Below are positions 24,420 to 32,482 of a DNA stretch of 32,482 nt, piece after piece; positions within the stretch are counted from its first letter, which is position 1; each line of letters starts with the position of its first letter. The stretch is from positions 1 to 32,482 of the IMG/VR virus record IMGVR_UViG_3300031453_000079; one strand, given 5' to 3'. Under the pieces are notes generated by a model. The model searched no databases. It was not told the origin of the DNA and saw only the letters and a program-made list of their open reading frames with translations. The position numbers and the translations under genes are program-made. The DNA comes from a virus. Its lineage: Duplodnaviria; Caudoviricetes.

Positions 24420-25670
24420 ATGACGGCAACAACGGACTTCGTCGGCGTAAGGGTCTTCTCCGGCCTCAGCGACCAGATCGTCTCCATCGACACCCGCGAC
24501 AGCACCATCCCGGGGCTGGTCGGGCCGCTGCCCGGCATCGCGCCGGCCGACGAGACCAAGATCCCCTACGACGAGCCGTTTCGCATCCCGCTCGACAGTC
24601 CCTCCGTGCTGGCCATGCTCGGCCCGGGGCAGATCCAGGATGCCTGCAGCCAGATGCTGCTTGAGGGCATCGTCACCGACGTCGTGCTCTCGCGGTCGCG
24701 CATCCCGGCCTCCGGCACCATCGACGCCCAGCTCGCGGCGGTGGCGGGCGACCCCGGCCAGAAGACCGGCGTCTTCGCGCTCTTGCACGGCCTCGACGAG
24801 CTGAAGCTCGAGCCCGGGCTGATCGCGGCGCCCGGCTTCACCAGCCAGCGCCTCGGCGGGCTGAAGAACCCCGTGGCGGCCGCCATCGACAGCGTCTGCA
24901 CGAGCATCATCGACTGCCTCGGCGTGACGGCGACGCCGGCCACGAGCCGCGAGGACGCCGTCACCTGGGCGCAGGACTTCGCCACCTCGCTCAACATCCT
25001 GGCCATGTACCCGCAGGGCGTCTTCGAGCTCGGCGGCGAGGTGGTGCGCGATCTGGCGCCCTCGGTGATCGGAGCCATCATCCGCAACGACAAGGCCAAC
25101 GGCAACCCCTACAAGGCCTTTTGGAACAAGCCGATCATCGGCTGCCTCGGCCCCTCGCAGCGGGTCAGCTACCGCGACGGCGACACCTCGAGCGACGCCA
25201 ACTATCTCAACCAGCGCGGCGTCGGCACGGTGATCGAGGGCAACCTGCTGTGGGCGCCCTACACCACCGCCACCGACCCCACCATCGTGGGCTACCGCTC
25301 GGTCAAGCGCATCCGCACGCGCCGCGCCATCGAGAAGGCCATGCTGCGCCCGCTGCGCGCCTATCTGGCGAGCGACCTCGGTCCGCACAGCGTGACGCTG
25401 GTCGGCACGGCGCTCGACCAGGCCTGCGCCGAGCGCAAGGCCATTGGCGCCATCATCGACTACCAGGTGCTGTTCTCGCGCGGGCTGAACCCGAACTCGC
25501 TGCTCAAGAAGGGCGGCCTGCGGCTGAAGCTCCGCTTCGAGGAGACGCCGGACCTGACCGACCTCGGCATCTATTCGACGCCGGAGCCGGAAGCCTTCGA
25601 CGTGCTGGCGGCCGCCATCCAGTCGTCGATCGACCAGCTCGGCTCCTCGACCTTCCGGGCCGTGGCCTGA
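24420..25670 (+). CDS. Contractile tail sheath protein
   Basis: KTGVFAL, PGLIAAPGFTSQR, ANYLN, RTRRAIE. Confidence 0.9.
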   Translation: MTATTDFVGVRVFSGLSDQIVSIDTRDSTIPGLVGPLPGIAPADETKIPYDEPFRIPLDSPSVLAMLGPGQIQDACSQMLLEGIVTDVVLSRSRIPASGTIDAQLAAVAGDPGQKTGVFALLHGLDELKLEPGLIAAPGFTSQRLGGLKNPVAAAIDSVCTSIIDCLGVTATPATSREDAVTWAQDFATSLNILAMYPQGVFELGGEVVRDLAPSVIGAIIRNDKANGNPYKAFWNKPIIGCLGPSQRVSYRDGDTSSDANYLNQRGVGTVIEGNLLWAPYTTATDPTIVGYRSVKRIRTRRAIEKAMLRPLRAYLASDLGPHSVTLVGTALDQACAERKAIGAIIDYQVLFSRGLNPNSLLKKGGLRLKLRFEETPDLTDLGIYSTPEPEAFDVLAAAIQSSIDQLGSSTFRAVA

Positions 25671-25700
25671 CACCATCGAACCAACACCGGGACAGCAGCA

Positions 25701-26210
25701 ATGACCGACAGCGTCATCATGGGGGCCAACTGGTACGTGGCCCAGATCAACTGCCGCAAGCGGCTGGAGAGCGCCAAGCTTCCCGACCTGCGCAAGGCGA
25801 CCGAGACCTTCACGGCCGGCGGCGGCTGGATGCAGCTCGGCATCCCGCTCGAGATCGAGCCGTTGACCGCGCCCGTCACCATGAAGGGCGCCCATTCCGA
25901 CATCCGCGGGCTGTTCGGCAAGGAGCCGGGCGACTGGACCGACTTCTACTATTACGAACGGCTGCGCGACATCATGCTGGGGGTCGACGTCGGTCGCCGC
26001 GTGTGGATGCGCGGCCTGCTGCAGGAGGTGCAGCAGCCGCGGGTCACCGGCAAGCGGGCCGAGATGACCACCTATACGATCGGCTCGATCATCACCTATT
26101 CCGACGTCACCAACGGCGTCATCGTCAACAAGATCGATTTCAACACCAACACGCTGATCCTCAACGGCCAGAACTACAACCAGGCCGCCAACCAGCTGAT
26201 CGCGGCCTGA
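25701..26210 (+). CDS. Major tail tube protein (P2 FII-like)
   Basis: KLPDL......AGGG, IEPL, KIDF.TN....NG; follows the sheath. Confidence 0.88.
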   Translation: MTDSVIMGANWYVAQINCRKRLESAKLPDLRKATETFTAGGGWMQLGIPLEIEPLTAPVTMKGAHSDIRGLFGKEPGDWTDFYYYERLRDIMLGVDVGRRVWMRGLLQEVQQPRVTGKRAEMTTYTIGSIITYSDVTNGVIVNKIDFNTNTLILNGQNYNQAANQLIAA

Positions 26211-26211
26211 C

Positions 26212-26297
26212 GGGCTCCCACGGGAACAAGCGCCTCGACCGCTCGATGACCCTCTCTGACCGGCATTAAGACGACGCACTTGTTCCCGTGGGGACCC
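26212..26297. repeat. Long-range inverted repeat between tube and chaperone genes
   Basis: cccacgggaacaag (26217-26230) and cttgttcccgtggg (26279-26292). Confidence 0.75.
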
Positions 26298-26301
26298 CGA
26301 C

Positions 26302-26802
26302 ATGGACACGATCAAAACCACCTTCGACGCCGACGGCCTCGCGGTCGAGGCCGTTCCCTTGGGCGGCACCGTCACGGGGCCGATCCGCGACGATCTCGCC
26401 AAGGTGGTGCTGCCGCCGGCCGAGCTGGTCGACGAGCTCGACAACAGCGGCGCCGCGGGACCGGAGCCTGCCCCCGGGCTCGACCCGGGGGACGAGGCCG
26501 TCACGCTCGACTTCGTCGGCGAGGACCTGCCGGCCCGCGCTTTCCCGCTGAAATATCCGTTCCGCTGGGAGGGCGAGCGCCACGACGCCGTCACGGTGCG
26601 CCAGCTCACCACGGCCGAGGTGGCGCGCATCTCGGGCGAGTGGGGGCGCAGCGGCAAGCCGCCCGAATATTTCGACATCTACGCCGTGATGACGGGCCTG
26701 CCCGCCAAGGTGCTGCGGGCGCTGCCGCACGCGGACGGCGGGCCGATCGTCGACGCGGCTTACGATTTTTTGCCCCCGTCGTTCCGGGGCGAGGCCGGCT
26801 GA
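26302..26802 (+). CDS. Tail assembly chaperone (P2 gpE / Mu gp41-like)
   Basis: PLKYPF...G...VTVRQLT..EV, MTGLP..VL.AL...DG, DFLP. Confidence 0.82.
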   Translation: MDTIKTTFDADGLAVEAVPLGGTVTGPIRDDLAKVVLPPAELVDELDNSGAAGPEPAPGLDPGDEAVTLDFVGEDLPARAFPLKYPFRWEGERHDAVTVRQLTTAEVARISGEWGRSGKPPEYFDIYAVMTGLPAKVLRALPHADGGPIVDAAYDFLPPSFRGEAG

Positions 26803-26984
26803 GGGCCGATCCGGCCCAGTGGCTCGCCTATGCGATGCGGGCCGCCCAGGGGTCGATGACGCCGCTCGACCGCGTGCTCGCCTGGCCCTGGCACCGCACG
26901 GTCGCGGTGTGGGCGGAGGCCCGCGACATGCACGACGACAGCTGGGGCAACCTCCTTCGCGTCTGGTACCGGTCCGATGACTGA
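26766..26984 (+). other. -1 programmed ribosomal frameshift site and extension (gpE+E'-like)
   Basis: T TTT TTG at 26766-26772; the -1 frame stays open to 26984 with a Trp-rich extension. Confidence 0.75.
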
Positions 26985-26992
26985 CACGCACG

Positions 26993-29900
26993 ATGACTGA
27001 GCCGCTCGACGTCTCCCTTCGCGTCCGCCTGGCCTACGAGGCCGGCGGCTCCGCCAAGGCCGCCGTCGGCGACATCGAGGCGATCCGCGCCGGCGCCGCC
27101 AAGCTCGGCGCCGGCGGCGGCGTGTCGGCGGTGGCGCGCGACCTCGGCGCCCTGCACAAGGCCGCCGAAATGGCCAAGACGGGCCTGACCGGCCTCGCGG
27201 CCGCGGGCGACCGGCTGGCCGGGGCCGCCACCGTTGGCCAGCGTCTCACCGGCGAGCTGCGCGGGATCGCCACGGCGGCCGACGGGGCGGCGCAGCGCCT
27301 GGCGGCCGCCGGCAAGGTCGACTGGGGCCCGCGCCGCGGCGCCGCGCAGGACTGGGCCGCCTATTGGCGCGAGCGGGGCGGGGCGGCGGCGGGGAAAGTC
27401 CGCGCCGCCGACTGGGCGGCGGCCGGCGCGCCCGACAGGAGTGCCGCGGTGGCGGCCGCCAAGGCGCACACCGAGGCCCTGGCGGCCTCGGCCGCCAAGC
27501 TCGGCACGGCGGCGGGACCGAAACACCTCGGCGAGGCGATCGCCACCGTGTCGACCGCCGCCGTCGAGGCGCGCCGCGAGCTCGACAATGTCGGGTCGAG
27601 CGCCGTCAAGGCGGCCCGCGACCTCGAAAAGCTGGACCGGGCCGAGCGGGCCGGCGGCGGCAGCGGTGGCCGCGGCCAGGGTGGCGGCGGCCAGGGTGGC
27701 GGCGGCCACGGCGCGGGCGGTGGCGGCGCGGGCGGTGGCGGCCACGGCGCGGGCGGTGGCGGCCTGCGCGGCGCACTGATGGCCGGAGCCAGGCCGCTGC
27801 ACATGGAGCGCCTGGTCATGTCGGCTATGACGCCGATCGGCGCGGCGGGGCTCGGGGTCGGCTACGGGGCGCTCAAGGCCTACGAGGCCATGCACAGCGC
27901 CGTGAAGGACGCGATCGACCTCGAGACCGCCATGGCCGAGGTGAAACGGTCGGTCGGCGACATGCCGGCCGGCGGAGTGAAGGCGCTCGAGACATCGATC
28001 CTGTCGACGAGCCGGTCGACCGGCGTCGCCTCTGGCGAACTTGCCAAGTTGACCGCCATGGGGGCCGCGGCCGGCCGCCCGGTGGCCGACCTGCCGCGCT
28101 TCATGGATCTCAGCGCCAAGGCGGCCGGCGGGCTCGGCCTCAAGGCCGAGGAAGCGGCCGACGTGCTGACCCGGCTGGGCTCGCAGTTCAAGCTCGACCA
28201 GCGCGGCATCGAGGGCGCGGCCGACGCCGCCGCCTACATGCAGGAACGCACCGGTGCCAGCGGCGCCGGCACGCTCGACTTCATGCAGAAGACCGGCACG
28301 GTGGCACAGACGGCCGGAATGCGGCCCGAGCAGCTCGCGGCCTATGGGGCCACGCTGCAGCAATCGGGCATGGACGCGGGCGGTGCCGCCTCGCTGTTCA
28401 CCGGCCTGCTCGAGAAGCTGCAGCACGCGCCCCAGCAGGGCGAACAGTTCCAGCTCGGCCTGTCCCGCATGACGGGGCCGGACGGCGCGCCCGAGGGTGC
28501 CTATTCGCTGCGCAACGCCGCCCGGACCGACGCCTCGGGCGCCATGCTGCGCATGCTGGGCGACATCAAGCGGCTAAACCCGGAGATCCGGGAGAGCGTG
28601 CTGACCCGGATGTTCGGCGAGGAGGACGGCGCCAAGCTGGCCCGCATGGCCGACCACGTCGACACGCTCCGCAAGAACCTCGGCCGCATGAACGACACGG
28701 CCGCGACCTCGGGCGCCGTGGAGCGCGTGTTCCGGGTGTTCGACGAGACCACGTCGGCCCGGATCGACAAGGCCACGGCGGCGATCGGCGCCTTCTCGGT
28801 CAAGGTCGGGCAGAGCTTCGCGCCGGCAATCGGCGCGGCCGCCGAGGCCACCGCCAAGTTCTTCGGCGGCTGGCTCGACCGCATGGACGCCATGGAGAAG
28901 GCCGGCGAGATCGTCGACAAGATCACCAAGGGCGTGGCGCTGTCGCCCGACGATCAGAAGAAGCTCGACACTGACCCGAAGTTCAAGGCCCAGGTCGAGG
29001 GCGGCGTCGACGCGGTCGGGGTGGCGCGGCGCAACGACGCCGAGCGCACGCCCGACCCGGAGGTCGGTCGGCGGCGCGAGATGGAGCGCATGCGGCCCCC
29101 GGCGGCGCCCGAGGCGTCCGACACGTCGGCCCGCGAGCAGGACCGGCTGGGGCGCGCCGAGGCAATCCGCCAGCTCGAGGACTGGGCGAAGAAGCACGGC
29201 GAGGCCTCGGTCAGCGATGACCTCGGCGAGCAGCAGCGTGCTTACCGGCACGACTTCCCCGAGGCGCCACCGCCCGAAGCCCTGCCGGCGCAGGCAGTCC
29301 GGCCCGATGCGCCACCGCCCGCATCGGCGCCAGCGCCGGAAGCCCTGCCGGCCGAGGCCCTGCGGGAGAGGCTCGCCCGGCCCGATGCGCCACCGCCCTC
29401 GGCCGCTCCGACGTCGCCAGACGCCCCGCCGGCCGAGGCGCTGCGGGAAAGGCCCGCCCGGCCCGATGTACCGTCACCGCCGCCCGCTCCTGCGCCCCCC
29501 GCCGCACCGGACGACGACAGCCTGATCGCCATGCCTATGCGCTACCGGGGATCCGGCGCGAGCCCGCTGCTGCGCCGCGCCAGCTTCACGGCCGACGACG
29601 GGTCCGCCGATCGCCCGGCCGGAGGTTCGCCCAGCGAGGCGCTGCAAGCCGTGATCGAGGCCGGCACCAAGGCCGGCGTCGTGGCGGGTCTGCGCGAGGT
29701 GGCCGACATGCGGGGCAGCGGCGGCGCGGCGACCGGTGGCGTCGTGAACGCGTCGTGGGAAGACGGAGACACCGGCCGCAGCGTCGGCGGAGCTGCTGGC
29801 GCGGCACCCCGTCGCTCGCTCCGCTACAGCGGCGGCTACGGCCCGCGCGGGCGGCAAGATCCAGACGGCAGCTCCCACCACCGTTCGGTGCGCTACGGGC

Positions 29901-30832
29901 GCGGCTATGGACCCGTCCATGATGGTGGCGGAGGCGGTGCGGGCGCCCATGCGCGCCGACATGGCCGGCCCGACCGCGATGCCGTTCCCGACGCCGGCTA
30001 CCAGACCAAGGGCAACCGCATCGACGGGCTGTCGGACGACGGGACACGGCAATATGCGGCCGTGCTGGGCAAGCGCGAGAGCGGCAACCGCTACGGCATC
30101 ACCAACCCCTACGGCTACGTCGGGCGGTGGCAGATGGGCGCCGACGCCCTGGCCGAGAACGGCTACGTCAAGCGCGGCACCACCAACCGGGGGCTCAACG
30201 ATCCCGCGGCCTGGACCGGCAAGGGCGACGTCCACAGCGTCGAGGAGTTCAAGGCCAACAAGGGCGGCGTGCAGGACCGGGAGTTCGCCGAATACACCAA
30301 CCGCCACTATGCCCAGCTCAAGCGGGCCGGTGTCGTCAAGGATGGGATGGGCCAGGCCGACGTCGCGGGCTGGCTCGCGGCCGCGCATCTCAAGGGCGTG
30401 GGCGGCGCCATTCAGCTGTCGCGCGGCCAGGACAACGTCGACGCCAACGGCACCTCGGCGTCGTCCTACCGGCGCATGATGGCCGGCGTAGGGTCGGGCA
30501 AGGCCTCTCCGGGGCTTGCCCCGCGCGACGGCCCCATCGCGGTCGACGAGGATCGCGCCACGCGGGCCCGGCGCAGCGTCACGCCGCCGGCGCATCCGCT
30601 CTCGCCGCGCTTCGCCGACCCCGGGAAGCTGAAGGTCCGCCCCCAGCCGGGCGACATCACGGCGGACGCCGGCGCTCGACGGCAGCTTACCGCATCAGGC
30701 CCCTCCGTCGTCCAGCACTTCCACGGCAACCACGATCCCGTGCAGACGGCGCATTACGCCCAGCTCGAGAGCAACCACGAGATCCGCCGCACCCTGGCCA
30801 GGGCCAACCACGGCATCGGGAGGGTCGCCTGA
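26993..30832 (+). CDS. Tail tape measure protein with C-terminal lysozyme/transglycosylase-like domain
   Basis: AIDLETAMAEVKR tape-measure core; Gly- and Pro-rich linkers; RESG..Y...N..GY.GRWQMG and AAHL.G motifs. Confidence 0.88.
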   Translation: MTEPLDVSLRVRLAYEAGGSAKAAVGDIEAIRAGAAKLGAGGGVSAVARDLGALHKAAEMAKTGLTGLAAAGDRLAGAATVGQRLTGELRGIATAADGAAQRLAAAGKVDWGPRRGAAQDWAAYWRERGGAAAGKVRAADWAAAGAPDRSAAVAAAKAHTEALAASAAKLGTAAGPKHLGEAIATVSTAAVEARRELDNVGSSAVKAARDLEKLDRAERAGGGSGGRGQGGGGQGGGGHGAGGGGAGGGGHGAGGGGLRGALMAGARPLHMERLVMSAMTPIGAAGLGVGYGALKAYEAMHSAVKDAIDLETAMAEVKRSVGDMPAGGVKALETSILSTSRSTGVASGELAKLTAMGAAAGRPVADLPRFMDLSAKAAGGLGLKAEEAADVLTRLGSQFKLDQRGIEGAADAAAYMQERTGASGAGTLDFMQKTGTVAQTAGMRPEQLAAYGATLQQSGMDAGGAASLFTGLLEKLQHAPQQGEQFQLGLSRMTGPDGAPEGAYSLRNAARTDASGAMLRMLGDIKRLNPEIRESVLTRMFGEEDGAKLARMADHVDTLRKNLGRMNDTAATSGAVERVFRVFDETTSARIDKATAAIGAFSVKVGQSFAPAIGAAAEATAKFFGGWLDRMDAMEKAGEIVDKITKGVALSPDDQKKLDTDPKFKAQVEGGVDAVGVARRNDAERTPDPEVGRRREMERMRPPAAPEASDTSAREQDRLGRAEAIRQLEDWAKKHGEASVSDDLGEQQRAYRHDFPEAPPPEALPAQAVRPDAPPPASAPAPEALPAEALRERLARPDAPPPSAAPTSPDAPPAEALRERPARPDVPSPPPAPAPPAAPDDDSLIAMPMRYRGSGASPLLRRASFTADDGSADRPAGGSPSEALQAVIEAGTKAGVVAGLREVADMRGSGGAATGGVVNASWEDGDTGRSVGGAAGAAPRRSLRYSGGYGPRGRQDPDGSSHHRSVRYGRGYGPVHDGGGGGAGAHARRHGRPDRDAVPDAGYQTKGNRIDGLSDDGTRQYAAVLGKRESGNRYGITNPYGYVGRWQMGADALAENGYVKRGTTNRGLNDPAAWTGKGDVHSVEEFKANKGGVQDREFAEYTNRHYAQLKRAGVVKDGMGQADVAGWLAAAHLKGVGGAIQLSRGQDNVDANGTSASSYRRMMAGVGSGKASPGLAPRDGPIAVDEDRATRARRSVTPPAHPLSPRFADPGKLKVRPQPGDITADAGARRQLTASGPSVVQHFHGNHDPVQTAHYAQLESNHEIRRTLARANHGIGRVA
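27655..27762 (+). repeat. Gly-rich coding tandem repeats in the tape measure gene
   Basis: ggccagggtggcggc and ggccacggcgcgggcggtggcggc units. Confidence 0.7.
29260..29510 (+). repeat. Pro-rich imperfect coding repeats in the tape measure gene
   Basis: PEALPA x2, RPD(A/V)P x3, AEALRER x2. Confidence 0.7.
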
Positions 30833-31230
30833 TGCAGGCCCTCGTCTCGATCGGCAGCGCGGTGCTCCAGGTGGTGGGCCTGAACCCGCAGCGCATCGGC
30901 ACCATGTCGGAGGCCCGCGTCCCCGGCACCCCGACCTGGACCGGCATGGACTATCAGCCGACCGGCCTCGGCGAGGCCCATACGCGCTTCGAGGCACTGA
31001 CCTATCCGCACGTCATCGGCGGCCTCGACGCCCTGGCGCTGATCCAGCAGCACCACGAGGGCCAGCAGGTGGTCAATTACATCCGGCTGCGCGCCAACTT
31101 CCTCGGCCGCATGCTGGGCCAGGTGCAGATCCGCAACCTCTTCGTCGACGAGACGCACCTCCACCCCTTCGACGGAGTGGGCCGCAAGGTGAGCGTCGAG
31201 TTCGACCTCCTCTACGTGGGAGGCCCGTGA
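30832..31230 (+). CDS. Tail protein, P2 gpU-like
   Basis: About 132 aa after the tape measure gene; GGLDAL, G.GRK..VEFDL. Confidence 0.8.
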   Translation: MQALVSIGSAVLQVVGLNPQRIGTMSEARVPGTPTWTGMDYQPTGLGEAHTRFEALTYPHVIGGLDALALIQQHHEGQQVVNYIRLRANFLGRMLGQVQIRNLFVDETHLHPFDGVGRKVSVEFDLLYVGGP

Positions 31231-31460
31231 TGGCCGCGAGCGGGTTGCAGCCCTATGTGGTCGGCCGCCGGCCGGAGCGCCTCGACCATATCGCCAAAGC
31301 GATCTACGGCGGGGAGCGCGGTGGCGTCGTCGAGGCGCTGCTCGCCGCCAACCCCGGCCTCGCCCTGCAGGGTGCCTTCATCGCGCCCCGCACGGTGCTG
31401 CAGGTGCCGGCGGCCGCCGCGATCGTCTCGACCTCGACCTTCGTGCCGCTGGGGAGCTGA
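31227..31460 (+). CDS. Tail protein X (LysM-like)
   Basis: RLDHIAKAIYG.....VEALLAANPGLA. Confidence 0.88.
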   Translation: MMAASGLQPYVVGRRPERLDHIAKAIYGGERGGVVEALLAANPGLALQGAFIAPRTVLQVPAAAAIVSTSTFVPLGS

Positions 31461-32482
31461 TGGCCTATCGCACCCCCTACCTCGCCGTGAACGGCGCCGA
31501 CGGCCAGAACCAGATCCCGGTCTGGGGCTCGCGGCTGATCGGGGTGCGCATCGTCACCCGCCTCGTCGACGAGAGCGACGAATGCACCTTCATGTTCACC
31601 AACAAGCCGCCTTATGCGACGGCGCCGGCCGAGAACACGCCCTACAGCGTGAGCATCGGCTGGTCGGCCGCCGCGGCCGCGCTCGGCGGGACGTATTACC
31701 TGAAGCGCATTCACCTCCTCGGCGACCCCAAGCGCGGCGAGCAGATCCACTACATCTGCCGGCCGCTTGAGCAGTCCGAGATCCACCAGGTGGCGAGCCA
31801 GCACTTCGCGGCCGACAACGGCAACAAGACGCTCGGCGACGTTTTCAAGAACGTGTTCGGCGCCGTCGGCATCGGCGTCGAGGTGGCGGCCTCGGTGGCG
31901 GGCCTGCCGGTGCCGGGCGGCCACGTGGTGCAATGGCAGCAGAGCCACATGGATTTCGCCACCGACCTCGCCAACGACGCCGGCGCCGTGGTCAAGGCGA
32001 CGGACGGCAAGATCGTGGTGGTCGACCGCAACGCCGGCCAGAGCGTCAGTGGCAAGACGCTCAGCGGCTTCACCATTCCCAAGGTCACGGGCTACGAATA
32101 CGACGTCGAGCTCGAGCCGCGCTTCCAGTACCAGAGCGTCACGTCGACCTATTTCGACAGCGACGCCGGGCGGCTGAAGCAGCAGGCGAGCCCCGACCAG
32201 GGCGGCGGCGGCGCCAAGGACGGGCTGCCGCACCCGGCTGCCGACCAGGCCCATGCGCAGACCATCGCCAAGGCGGTCGCCGACGAGAACAAGCGCTTCA
32301 CCGGCACGGGGCTGTTCGGCATGCCGGGCGAGCCAGCGGCCGTGGCCGGCGCCCACCCGACCTGTTCCGGCTATCCCGACCCGATCGACGCCACGCAATG
32401 GATCGCCGTGGAAGTGACCCACGACGTCATCCCGGACCGGGGCTGGACCACCACCGTCGAGACCGAGACGAACCCCGATTGA
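31460..32482 (+). CDS. Late control D / baseplate hub protein
   Basis: ESDEC, KTLGDV, Q.QQSHMDFA..LA...GA..K..DG, SG.SG, V.H....GW.T. Confidence 0.88.
   Translation: MAYRTPYLAVNGADGQNQIPVWGSRLIGVRIVTRLVDESDECTFMFTNKPPYATAPAENTPYSVSIGWSAAAAALGGTYYLKRIHLLGDPKRGEQIHYICRPLEQSEIHQVASQHFAADNGNKTLGDVFKNVFGAVGIGVEVAASVAGLPVPGGHVVQWQQSHMDFATDLANDAGAVVKATDGKIVVVDRNAGQSVSGKTLSGFTIPKVTGYEYDVELEPRFQYQSVTSTYFDSDAGRLKQQASPDQGGGGAKDGLPHPAADQAHAQTIAKAVADENKRFTGTGLFGMPGEPAAVAGAHPTCSGYPDPIDATQWIAVEVTHDVIPDRGWTTTVETETNPD

Larger units (their letters stand above)
1..32482. mobile_element. Mu-like transposable prophage (internal part; rearranged, probably defective)
   Basis: MuA/MuB, GemA, Mor, gp26-gp30, gp36, gp31-like and contractile tail genes. 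No prophage ends, repressor or protease gene in the window. Confidence 0.95.

Noticed and set aside
24420-32482. Tailocin, eCIS or T6SS interpretation
   Set aside because: The tail genes are linked to terminase, portal, capsid and MuA, and the wedge and fibre genes needed for a tailocin are not seen.

Overview
Very GC-rich window, probably from an alphaproteobacterium (inference), made up entirely of a Mu-like transposable prophage with a P2-style contractile tail module. The minus strand (19317 to 1) carries ParB-like, MuA and MuB genes, an early accessory cluster (GemA, MazG-like, DnaA domain-IV, ASCH, DUF2786), a Mor/C-type activator, membrane/lysis-region genes, the terminases, portal and MuF/gp30. 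A low-GC moron in the opposite orientation sits between portal and gp30. The plus strand (19345 to 32482) carries a 5'-truncated major capsid gene, head-completion genes, baseplate spike, sheath, tube, chaperone, tape measure, U, X and D. The prophage looks rearranged and decaying: there is an inversion-type junction at about 19.33 kb, an apparent loss of baseplate-wedge and tail-fibre genes at about 23.99 kb, and a frameshifted gene. The most unusual element is a cassette in the head operon: a REP-like hairpin, then about 320 nt of hairpin-rich non-coding sequence, then an acyl-carrier-protein look-alike whose DSL phosphopantetheine motif reads SDG and which is translationally coupled to gp36. 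All family calls come from motif recognition and gene order; no database search was run.
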